Shown one piece after another: positions 1 to 8,379 of a stretch of 12,625 nucleotides of DNA. Each line of letters begins with the position of its first letter. The stretch's first letter is position 1. Below the pieces are notes generated by a model. The model did no database searches. It was not told the origin of the DNA and saw nothing but the letters and a program-made list of their open reading frames with translations. The DNA is taken from contig NW_021825905.1 of assembly GCF_006345805.1 (NCBI RefSeq), positions 1 through 12,625 on the forward strand. The letters run 5' to 3'. The position numbers and the translations under genes are program-made. The DNA comes from Octopus sinensis. Taxonomy: Eukaryota.

Positions 1-330
1 CTTGTGAATCCATATTGCTGTATACATCAATACAAGTTAACAGCCATGAAAAAGAATCATTGGAACTCGAAAATCTAAAATAATCAGAAAAAGGGAAATT
101 AATTATCGATATTACAGTTTTTGTAAAAATCCAAAAATATTACATAAATGATGAAAAAATCAGAAAAAGCACCTTTTAAGATCGATTAAATCCATTTGAA
201 ACCTTTCATTTGGTTTATTAGCAAAAACGTGAAATTCTGTATCATGGTCCTTTAAAGGTCCAGAAAAGCGGCAAATGTCACAGTTGATAACAACATCACG
301 GACGATTTCACGTTTAATAAAGCAGAGAAA
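1..330 (-). pseudogene. Integrase-2 core fragment (Ginger/KRBA2-like DDE integrase), runs off the window start
   Basis: Manual translation in a frame not shown in the ORF track: IKREIVRDVVINCDIC...ERFQMDLIDLKR, then after removing GT-AG segment 172-75, FSSSNDSFSWLLTCIDVYS. This parallels ORF 314-1528 (RDFVSKCIPC...ERFIADCIDLRRYSANNDNFKWILTVIDAYT). A 1-nt deletion follows IDVYS. Confidence 0.85.
75..172 (-). other. Spliceosomal intron (98 nt) in integrase-2
   Basis: GTGCTT...ATTTTAG. Removal joins AG|A (Arg) and gives LKRFSSSNDSFSW, collinear with LRRYSANNDNFKW of integrase-1. Confidence 0.75.
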
Positions 331-1498
331 CTTCTTCCACTACTAGAAATTGTTCCTTGCTAAAAAAACTAGTGAGTGGATATTTTCTTGTTTTTATATT
401 TTTATCGAAATCAATTTTAATTGTAACATTATCTCCAATTGTGATATCTTTTTTTCGAAAATTTTTGTTTGCGTCTTCTGTAACTTTTCTTTTATACTTT
501 TCATTATGAGTTTTTACTTCTAAGGATAATTCCGTTTCTTCCGATTCTGAGTTAATCTCTTCTTCTGCGCCTCCACATGGCAAAATATTAAAACCCGTTA
601 TTCCGTAAAATAGACTGGGTAAATAAAAAGAGACTAACCAAAATTGTGACTTTCCAGTTGCGCGATGACAAGTTATGTTGTATTTATACACCACCTTCTG
701 TAGAATTTCTCTCCACCTTATAGATTCTGTTGCGAACAAAGTCTTCCCCAACCAACGTTTGAGAGTTTGGTTATATCTTTCTATTTGTCCTTGAGATTGT
801 GGGTGCCTTGGTCTTCCATATATCGGAGTTATTTTCCAATCATCAAGAAGTTTTGAAACTTCTTTGTTGCGGAATTCCTTTCCATTGTCCGAATGAAAAT
901 AAATTGGAGGACCGACAGTCTGGAATAAACTCTCAATTGCATTATAGATGCTTTGTGATGTTTTATTCTCTAACGCGAATGACCATGCAAACTTTGTGTA
1001 TGCATCGATGACAGTAAGTATCCATTTAAAATTGTCATTATTTGCAGAATACCGCCTTAGATCTATACAGTCGGCGATAAATCTTTCGTATTTTTTTTCC
1101 ACAGAAATCATTCTGATATTTTCACAAGTACTTAAAGAGTTAAATGATTGGCACGGTATGCATTTTGATACAAAATCACGAATTATACATTGTTTAATTC
1201 CAATATATTTTTGAGAAATTAGATAACACATTTTATTGAACCCAGGATGTCCTTCATTATGTTCATCACAAAGAATAGATTGAATCCTTTCATGTTCAAA
1301 AGGACATATAACAATTTTATGTGTTCCTGATTTGGAATAAGAGAATAATTGATCGTCTGCAAAATGAAGAGTTTTACACTTTCTTCGAATTGTTCGCTTT
1401 TTGGTTTCTGTCATTCCAGGTTCATATTTTTTAGACAATAGATATAGTAAAATAGAATCATATTCTCCTTTGCTATTGATGTGTATCGAGCGCACCAT
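314..1498 (-). CDS. Integrase-1: Ginger/KRBA2/SCAND3-like DDE integrase-transposase, C-terminus probably truncated
   Basis: ORF 314-1528, first ATG at 1498. HHCC zinc motif (HNEGH...CIPC) and rve core with D (FIADCID), D (HSDNGKEF), E (QGQIERYNQ). The ORF ends where integrase-2 sequence resumes. Confidence 0.9.
   Translation of the reverse strand: MVRSIHINSKGEYDSILLYLLSKKYEPGMTETKKRTIRRKCKTLHFADDQLFSYSKSGTHKIVICPFEHERIQSILCDEHNEGHPGFNKMCYLISQKYIGIKQCIIRDFVSKCIPCQSFNSLSTCENIRMISVEKKYERFIADCIDLRRYSANNDNFKWILTVIDAYTKFAWSFALENKTSQSIYNAIESLFQTVGPPIYFHSDNGKEFRNKEVSKLLDDWKITPIYGRPRHPQSQGQIERYNQTLKRWLGKTLFATESIRWREILQKVVYKYNITCHRATGKSQFWLVSFYLPSLFYGITGFNILPCGGAEEEINSESEETELSLEVKTHNEKYKRKVTEDANKNFRKKDITIGDNVTIKIDFDKNIKTRKYPLTSFFSKEQFLVVEEVSLLY
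615..638 (-). other. Candidate in-frame 24-nt intron in integrase-1
   Basis: GTTAGTCTCTTTTTATTTACCCAG. Removal turns KSQFWLVSFYLPSLFYGITGFN into KSQFCLFYGITGFN, matching the recalled family spacing KSPFxLFxGxxGFN. Confidence 0.6.
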
Positions 1499-1536
1499 GA
1501 ACAGTTTAAAATTTATTCCCAAAATCATAATAATTT

Positions 1537-1563
1537 GGAGTGATAAATCCGATTTATCACTCC
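1537..1563. repeat. 27-bp near-perfect palindrome
   Basis: GGAGTGATAAATC-C-GATTTATCACTCC: 13-bp arms around a 1-nt centre. Confidence 0.95.
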
Positions 1564-1602
1564 GGACACTTAGAACTGGCCCGGACGCTATAACTTACGA
1601 CA

Positions 1603-1763
1603 ATAACTAATTTGTGACTCCCGTTTTCAACACGATAATAAAGGCAGTCATTTAATAGTATAAAAGATTTTGACTTGGTCAAAAGCCTTCTTTCCTAATA
1701 TCTATTTCTTGTCTTTACATCGATCCCTTGGAGAATTGACTTGATTTGATCATATTCATTGTT
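1603..1763 (-). pseudogene. Integrase N-terminal fragment (probably the 5' part of integrase-2)
   Basis: NNEYDQIKSILQGIDVKTRNRY*ERRLLTKSKSFILLNDCLYYRVENGSHKLVI. It aligns by eye with integrase-1 (EYDSIL...GTHKIVI) and the 11.6-kb fragment (DEYRLL...GNHKLVI). Internal TAG at 1695-1697. Confidence 0.8.
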
Positions 1764-2251
1764 ATTTCTTATATAACTTCTTTTGTTTTGGAAAACCAAA
1801 CGTGAACAATCCATAGTATATAGCAGCGGTTCTCAACCTTTTTTAGACTGGGGACCACTTTTGAACTATAAAATTTTGTGGGGACCACCTTAAATAAAAT
1901 AAACATTTTTTGGTATTAGCGCACAATTTTTGACCTCGTCAGGGCCAGGTTTAGACATGTTCGAATATTTATTATAAAAATAACATGAACATTATGAAAA
2001 TAACAGAAAATTTAATAGTAATTTAGTGAGATTTCTGATCTTGTTTGTTCAGAATAATTTTACTTATATCAGGCTCTATGTTCGACAAAGCTACTCGCAT
2101 ATCATCTTGTACCCGTAGTCTATTTCTATATTTTGTTTTTAGAAAAGTCAGACACGACATCGCCATTTCACAGTGATAAGTAGTGGGGAATGCAAGTATT
2201 GATTCCAATGCAGTTTTACTCAAAATGGGGAATTCTTTCGCCATCTGACAC

Positions 2252-2284
2252 CTAACAATAAAAAGTAATTATTAATGAGAATAC
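2252..2284 (-). other. 33-nt intron in Buster transposase
   Basis: GTATTCTCATTAATAATTACTTTTTATTGTTAG contains in-frame stops; removal gives LLDFW|CQMAKEFPIL and joins two ORF-track segments. Confidence 0.8.
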
Positions 2285-3266
2285 CAAAAATCTAATAATG
2301 AAGTACATTTGAAAATAATCTGAGCAGACTGATTACATTGAAGTTCAATCAAGCTCTGCTGAAAATTGAGTTCCTGATATTCTTTAAATGAGGTCAAGAA
2401 AGGTTGAACGATCCAGTTTGGAATTGGGTCTTCAACAGGAAAATAATCATCAAATTTTGTCTTGAGATTTTCCAGATGTTTGATTATCAGACTTAGAAGA
2501 ACATTATCCGGTGGGTTGTGTCCGAGATGATATTCAAGCATTGGGAACATTGATGTTATTCCTTTTTTTATTTTCATTATCCACAATAATAACTTTTTTT
2601 AAAAGCCATTATTATTTGAGTTTGGAAAATTCGATAATTAAGTGGTCGAGATCGAATATAGTTTATCACTTTTACAATAGTGTTTAGTGTTTCTCTTAAC
2701 GACGAACACATAGTTTTTGAACAAAGTGCATATTTGTGCAATGCACAATGTCTTGTAATAATATCAGGAACCAAATCCTTAATACGAGTAACAAGTCCAG
2801 ATTGATGACCAATCATCGCAGGTGCACCATCAGTACATATAGATCCAACTTTATCTCATTGGATTTTATTCGTCTTCATAAAATTGTCAAAAATATTAAA
2901 GATGTCCTCTCCACGAGTGTGTCCATCCATCTCCAAACAAAATAAAAACTCATCAATAATATTCTCATCATCAACAAAGCGAACATAGGACACAAGCTGA
3001 CAGACGTTAGAAATGTCAGTTGACTCGTCCAATTGAATACTTATTCTGCATTTACTTTTATTGATTCTTTCAATTAATTGCTCCAGGATATCAGATGACA
3101 ATTCTGAAATTCTACGGGAAATTGAATCGTTGGATAATGGTATGTCCTTAAGTTTGGTAACTGCATCCGGACCAAACAAAATTCGAGCCATTTCAAGAGC
3201 CACTGGTTTGATTAACTTTTCACCAGAATTATGTGCAGCTTTGTTTTTTGCGATAATCATTGAGAC

Positions 3267-3296
3267 CTATTTGTTTTAGATATAAATTAAAATTAC
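3267..3296 (-). other. 30-nt intron in Buster transposase
   Basis: GTAATTTTAATTTATATCTAAAACAAATAG contains in-frame stops; removal gives EASYA|VSMIIAKNK with no gap. Confidence 0.8.
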
Positions 3297-3685
3297 AGCA
3301 TATGATGCTTCTAATCTCGGTTATTCTTGAGATTTATTAAACCACTCAAGCTTTGGCTGTGAATCAAACTTCGTTCTTTTGACTTTAAAATATTCATGTG
3401 AGGAAGAATTTTCTGGGTGTACAGACTCTTTGTGGCGCCTAAGTTGAGAAGGTTTCAGTGAATTGTTTCCCAAAATTTTATGGCAAATCATGCATTTTGC
3501 CTTTAATTCATTATTTGGGGCAATGAATTTAGTGAATCCAAATTGTACGTAGGAATCCGACCAAAGACGACGATTCTTGTTAACCATAACTAGAATGATA
3601 AACCACGCTAATCAAATCAGATTAATTTCAATGTTTTTGATTTATACTTAATTGTACAATTAGTTTTAAATTTAATACAGTGAAA

Positions 3686-3799
3686 CCTCTCGAATCCGCT
3701 GCTTCTCGAATCCGCCGCTTCTCGAATCCGCTTGTTTTAATCAAAAATTTGAAATTTCCTATGAATGATTCTTGAATCCGCTTGTTTCTCGAATCCGCT
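3686..3799 (+). repeat. Tigger subterminal direct repeats (CTCGAATCCGC x4 plus one variant)
   Basis: Copies near 3689, 3705, 3721, 3772 (CTTGAATCCGC) and 3788; probable transposase-binding sites. Confidence 0.85.
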
Positions 3800-3894
3800 C
3801 CTCAAGTATTATGAAAAATAATTTTTTATCTAATTGTAAGTTAAATTAATTAACATTTTAAAATTTTCATTACACGTTAAATTGTATTTTTGTG

Positions 3895-4933
3895 ATGCTT
3901 CGCTGTGTTAGACTTTCTGTCAACGAAAAAATTTCTATACTACGTTATATTTCTGACAACCCATTCGTTTCTGCACCTCAAATTTCCAGGATTGTTTCTT
4001 CACGGTTAAAAAAGAAAATTTCTCCGAGAACTATAAACGACCTTAAATCAAAATCGGACCTTTTGAATAGGACTGACATCAAAAAATTAAACCTAACGAG
4101 AATTCCAAAACTCAAATTTAATGAAATTGATGTAGCGATGATAACATGGATTAACTTAATGGAATCTAGTGGAGCAATTCTATCAGATTCGATGTTAATT
4201 GCAAAAGCTCTTAAGTTTGGAAAAAATTTTCCAGAATTTAAAGCAAGTCGTGGGTGGCTAGAAAAGTTTAAATTACGAAATGGTATCAAGTTAAGAAAAT
4301 TACACGGAAACAGTGGATCAGTAAATCATGATGAAAAATCTATTACTGATTTTAATGAAACAATGAGTTTAAAAATTGAACAATATGGATTGGACAATGT
4401 TTATAATGCAGATGAAACTGGTGTTTTTTACAAGGCGATTCCTTCCAAAAGTGTGTGTACCAAATCACGGCCTGGAATAAAGTTGTCGAAGGATCGATTT
4501 TCGTTACTATTATGCGCAAATTGTTCTGGTTCCGATAAAAGAAGGCCTGTGATGATAGGAAGATTCAAAAGTCCAAGGTGTTTTAAAAATTTCAACATTG
4601 GAAAATATGTTACCTACACCCATTCCAATAAGGCATGGATGAACCGTGAAATTTTTAACAAGTGACTCAGTGATTTTGATTGTGAACTTGCAAAGAAAAA
4701 AAGAAAAATTCTACTTGTAATAGATCAATGTCCATCTCATCAAATTATTTAATAATTATACTTAGGAAACACTTATTGAAGAGGAATCAAATGAGAAAAA
4801 AGTTGATCTCTCAGAAGCCTTCAGAGCTCTAGAGATTATTAAAACTTATGCTTCTCAGGTAAATGCAGATATAGATGATCATGAAAATATTATGCGAATT
4901 GGGGAAATGTTAAGAAAATCAATTAAAAAATAA
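3895..4933 (+). pseudogene. Tigger/pogo (CENP-B-like, DDE_1) transposase pseudogene
   Basis: HTH-psq-like start, CENP-B HTH (FKASRGWLEKFKLRNGI), YNADETGVFYKAIP and KAWMNREIF. TGA at 4663 sits where Trp is expected, followed by LSDFD...LLVIDQCPSH. A deletion then precedes the C-terminal segment 4766-4933 (DLSEAFRALEIIKTY...KK*). Confidence 0.92.
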
Positions 4934-4936
4934 AAT

Positions 4937-4977
4937 TGGTCCAATTTAACGCATTTAGTGGTCCAATTTAACGCATT
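4937..4977. repeat. 19-bp direct repeat, period 22
   Basis: TGGTCCAATTTAACGCATT at 4937-4955 and 4959-4977. Confidence 0.9.
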
Positions 4978-5243
4978 CAAGCTTAGAATCTTTCCTTTTG
5001 TTATTACATCAAGCATTCGTAATTTTATCGAGGGTTAAAATTCTAAAAAAAGTAAAAAATGTCACACTCACCAGAATAAACGGTTTTTTATTGCGCTTGT
5101 GTAATTAAAATTTTCAATTTAGACATATAACACAATACAAAAAAATATAACAAAATTGATTTAGGGTTAATTTAATGATCCCTTTCGATATCGACAAAGA
5201 AAAATCACGGTTATCTTTGCAAAATATGCCGTATTTAAAAAAA

Positions 5244-5267
5244 CGGTTTTTTTTTGCACCTAGTGTA
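5244..5267. mobile_element. Orphan Tc1/mariner-like terminus
   Basis: CGGTTTTTTTTTGCACCTAGTG followed by TA, which reads TA-CACTAGGTGCAAAA on the minus strand; no partner in the window. Confidence 0.3.
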
Positions 5268-6653
5268 TAAAATATTATTTAAATTGCCTCTCGAATCCGC
5301 CGCCCACCAAAAAATTTTCTGGGGACCACGGTTGAGAACCCCTGACCTAAATGATGAAATTTCAAATAATTTAACCATTAAAAGAAACTACATCCCGAAA
5401 TATTCCTTTGAATCCATTTAAATATATAAATAAAGGTAAACCAAATAAAGACAACATCGCTACATAATGGATCAACAGCGTGGTCACACGTGCCTTAATT
5501 CATTAGTTTTGCCATTGAAATAAATAATTAAACAATATTTAATTAAAAATGAACTATATTTTAATTAAAACACAATTTTAAATATGATTAACTTAATATG
5601 TTACTCATGCTTATTTCATAAAAAAAATTAAATTTTAAATATCATTAGTTCTCATGCATTACATAAAAAAAGTCTCGAATAAGTTTCTGATCCAGAGGAA
5701 AAAATTCAAATAAAAAGACTATATTTCGCCACTTAATCCTACCAAAAATATTTAAATCCAAATAAAAATGTAATTGATATTTATTCCAGCTATCTCTTTT
5801 TGGCTTTTTATCCGCCAATTTCTGCCAGGCTCATGGCTGGAATACAGCGTCTGTGTACTCTACAGGTTTCACTGATGTCTCTTGGTGGCTACTTTCTCAC
5901 TCAGTCGCTCATTAATTTCCTCAATATCTATTAAAATAATCGTTACGTGATTCACCGCCGTAGTTGAAAGGTTGCCTTTACTGGAAACTCGATCTTGACG
6001 AATGACGCCACCATGATTCTAAGTACCAGATGAATCTCGGATGGAACGTGTTAAAATCCTAGTCTAAGAAACAGCCGAACGCCAATGAATAAAAATAAAA
6101 GAATTTAAAAAGAATGAGCACCTTCATTCATTCCGGATTAATTAGATTTACTAGCATACTCGTTCTCTCTCTTGTTCTTGCAAAACTGTGTGGCTGGCAC
6201 ATGCAAAATCTTAGGCACATACGTACAAACACTTGTTCACCTCCGGAGCAAACCTCAGGAATAGAATATGCAAGAAAGATTTAATCGTTGAAAAAGTTGG
6301 CCTCGAAATTAATCTGAAAAATATGAGATCATAATTTGAATCCTAGTCAAGCTGATTTGGGGTTTATCATAAATGAGTATGGACACACCATCATGACGTT
6401 AAAATAACTTGAAAGGAAGATCTATAAATGTGTGATCACCAATATTGAAATTCTGTAGGAAAAAATCTTCTTGTTTTACTGGACGCACATGACGAACTGT
6501 TCCTCCTAAAAAGTATATATTTCTGACTAGGCTTATGTATTTTATACGCTCTGCTTCATGTGTCCAATGAAAATTTAAATTATTTAAACTCAGAATGATA
6601 ACTCGAGTTTGTTCGAAATATTTGCAACAATAATTAGTTTATTGTAATATTTT

Positions 6654-6794
6654 TCTTCTGAAACCAAAAAACGGTGTCAGAAAGATGAAAAAAGAGTGTT
6701 TCAGAAAATGAGAAATTCTTTATTTTTGACAACGATCGATGAAAAAATACATTGTTTGATATGCAACCAGTTAATCGCTATACCAAAGAAACAT
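6654..6794 (+). pseudogene. GTF2IRD2/SPIN-type hAT transposase N-terminal (BED-like) fragment
   Basis: SSETKKRCQKDEKRVFQ...TTIDEKIHCLICNQLIAIPKKH, matching the recalled pattern KRK..E.RVFQEKWE..YF....K..CLIC...IA..K. Confidence 0.7.
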
Positions 6795-6814
6795 TAACGT
6801 ATAGAACATCTTTT

Positions 6815-6897
6815 GGACATGATGAAATCGGATTTATCAAAAAGAGCAGCCAAATACATTAATTAATTGGAGATACGGTTATTGGAATTTGGGGCAT
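6815..6897 (+). pseudogene. Possible IS630/Tc1 catalytic-domain scrap
   Basis: DEIGF followed, across a frameshift, by RYGY..LG; resembles the DE.GF...YG.S..G motif. Very short. Confidence 0.3.
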
Positions 6898-6900
6898 CTA

Positions 6901-6921
6901 CAGTGGCCGACAACAAAATTT
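6901..6921. mobile_element. Orphan Tc1/mariner-like TIR
   Basis: TA followed by CAGTGGCCGACAACAAAATTT; the inverted partner is not in the window. May be the 3' end of the element carrying 7143-7399. Confidence 0.4.
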
Positions 6922-7142
6922 AAAAGATTTAAAATAAAATTATTTGCAATAAGGAAATCAATACGAAAAAATACCTAGAAAATCGAGTTACGTCCATGAA
7001 AAAAGAAGTTTTAACTTTATGAGGCACGCGGGGAAATGTAAATTTATTAAATGTCACCGTCCGCTGAACGGACCACGCCTTTAAATGAAACAATATCAAA
7101 ATGTCATTTTCATTAATTCTATCCATATAAAATATGAAAAAC

Positions 7143-7399
7143 TTATGGAATTAACCGGCAAGTAATTTTCGGATTTGACTCGACCATTTCTTGCATATAA
7201 TCTCGTACGGTATTTGAATTTTTTGAATATCGAAAACCACCTCTTAAATCATCCTTAAAGCCTTCTTTTATCCACCTGTATGCAGTTGTTCTTTTATTCC
7301 GAGAGAACATGCAACTTGATTCCAATCCCCATCATTTTCGTAAACGGTCAACAAATTTTTTCTTTTTTCAGCTAATTCTTTCTTTTTATTAACGTTCAT
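7143..7399 (-). pseudogene. IS630/Tc1-like transposase N-terminal HTH fragment
   Basis: Across frameshifts: MNVNKKK...YENDGDWNQVACSLGIK(R)TTAYRWIKEGFKDDLRGGFRYSK...MVESNPKIT. Confidence 0.7.
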
Positions 7400-7430
7400 T
7401 AATAAATGAATTCAATAACCGACTTGAATC

Positions 7431-7566
7431 CTTTGAACTTGAAAATCCATATTGAATTTGGAAAATCCCACTTTGAACTTGGAAATCTCATATTAAATTT
7501 GGAAAATCCCACTTTGAAATAGGAAATCCCATATTGAATTTGAAATTCCCATATTGAACTTGAAAA
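7431..7566. repeat. Minisatellite, ~7 units of 19-21 bp
   Basis: Consensus (CTT/TAT)TGAA(C/T)TTGGAAA(A)TCCCA; the first five units alternate between CTTTG and TATTG/TATTA types. Confidence 0.92.
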
Positions 7567-7808
7567 GGTATAGATGTTGACATGGCACGTTATTTGTTGA
7601 GAGTTTATTTATTTTGTCTAAATAGAATAAATTCACTTTTACTTAAAATTTACTTTAATAATAAAAAAAATTTTCGAAGACAAGTAATCATGAACCTCAA
7701 TATCTAAACCAAGGGTTCTCAACCTTTTTAGCTCAAGGGCCAAATCGATATTAAGATTAGCTTGCGGGCCGCACAAAATATTTTATATATTTTTATATTT
7801 TCCATTTT

Positions 7809-8379
7809 ATTTTTTTTTCGCGAAAGTAGATTTTAATTGACAACGAAAATCGTTAAGTCCCAGCGGCGAGGACGCAGTGTGCGTTGCCCGAACAATAACC
7901 AGGCCGATGCGCTGGCGGAACCAGAGGCCCTCTCTCGTGTCCTTGAGCCTCCTCCCAATGGACTGCCCGACCTCGTTGAGGAACGAGTCAGTATCTTTCC
8001 CGCAGCTCCAGCGGTCTCCAGGGCGATTGCCGTGACGCGGTAGCGGTCCGCGAGATTTTGAAAAGGTATCCACAACGGTAACATCCCATACGAGGGCCTT
8101 CCCGACAAGTACGGGATATTGTCATCCCGTCAGGCCTTTTGCCATGCCCGTCGAGTCCGACCGGGTTCGAGGAGGCCCGAATGGCCCACCGATCGAGAAC
8201 GCCTTAACGATTTCATTAAGGGCCTTGTGTCTGTGGTACCTGCCTGCGCTCTCTTGCAGGAAGTGGGTGCAGTCCCTTTTCGTCAACGTCCTCACCGCAT
8301 CTGCAGCGGTGTTTTGCACAACATCCAGGCCGAGACGGTGAGCCACTCCGATGCGTATGGGAGATCGTCCTTTCTCTAA
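7809..8379 (-). mobile_element. 5'-truncated CRE-like non-LTR retrotransposon, RLE domain only, frameshifted
   Basis: IRIGVA.RLG...CRCGEDVDEKGLHPL.CKRSAGR..RH.ALNEIV...GKRPDGMTI...ALVWDVTVVDTF...IALETAGAAG...REGLWFRQRIG...GNAHCVLAAGT*. A9 tail at 7810-7818; candidate 9-bp TSD TTCCATTTT at 7800-7808 and 8380-8388. Confidence 0.85.

Larger units (their letters stand above)
314..1602 (-). mobile_element. Putative Ginger-like DNA transposon carrying integrase-1 (5' end only)
   Basis: The upstream integrase-2 frame breaks exactly at 5'-TGTCGTAAG (1602, minus strand); Ginger termini begin with TGT. No matching 3' terminus or TSD is visible. Confidence 0.45.
2023..3587 (-). pseudogene. hAT Buster/ZBED5-like transposase, disrupted
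   Basis: BED finger (CMICHK...LKPSQLRRH...H), EASYAVSMIIAKNK, IQLDESTD, ICTDGAPAMIG, HCALH, YFP..WIVQPF and hATC (FPTTYHCEMAMS...KYRNRL). Lesions: TAA at 3321, TGA at 2856, internal deletion near 2620 that removes the HTEVRWLS region, and a frameshift in an A-run near 2595. Confidence 0.92.
3678..4980 (+). mobile_element. Tigger/pogo DNA transposon (left TIR present, right TIR not found, internally deleted)
   Basis: TA followed by CAGTGAAACCTCTCGAATCCGC, subterminal repeats, then the transposase. The right boundary is approximate. Confidence 0.8.
1824..5344 (-). mobile_element. Buster-type hAT transposon (defective, composite, contains Tigger insertion)
   Basis: TIR CAGCGGTTCTCAACC at 1824 and GGTTGAGAACCCCTG ending at 5344 (14/15 inverted match). 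Subterminal GGGGACCAC occurs near both ends. The 8-bp flanks GTATATAG and ACCTAAAT both have the central TA of Buster targets but differ from each other. Confidence 0.75.

Noticed and set aside
314-1528. LTR retrotransposon pol remnant
   Set aside because: No gag, protease, RT or RNase H upstream and no LTRs; the integrase starts at its own ATG, which fits a Ginger-type DNA transposon.
3836-3911. GTAAGT...TTAG as a coding intron linking ATG 3811 to the Tigger ORF
   Set aside because: The splice would join the wrong frame; at most a 5' UTR intron, with no support.
5061-5267. MITE bounded by CACTCACC (about 5066) and CCTAGTG (5265)
   Set aside because: Only 4 terminal bases match and the left side has no TA.
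5864-5874. AGGTTTCACTG as the Tigger right TIR
   Set aside because: Only an 11-bp match, followed by AT rather than TA. It lacks the ATTCGAG subterminal repeats and lies beyond the hAT end.
2856-6711. Alternative genetic code (TGA=Trp, TAA/TAG=Gln). TGA sits at expected Trp positions at 2856, 4663 and 6709; TAA at 3321 and TAG at 1695 are at possible Gln positions.
   Set aside because: At least 13 Trp codons in the same genes are TGG. TGA at 8975 replaces an expected Arg (CGA to TGA), and CRE copy B terminates at TGA. Ordinary transition mutations in dead elements explain the pattern.
7431-7566. CRISPR array
   Set aside because: The units are adjacent with no unique spacers, there are no cas genes, and the context is eukaryotic. 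The same applies to the repeats at 3686-3799.
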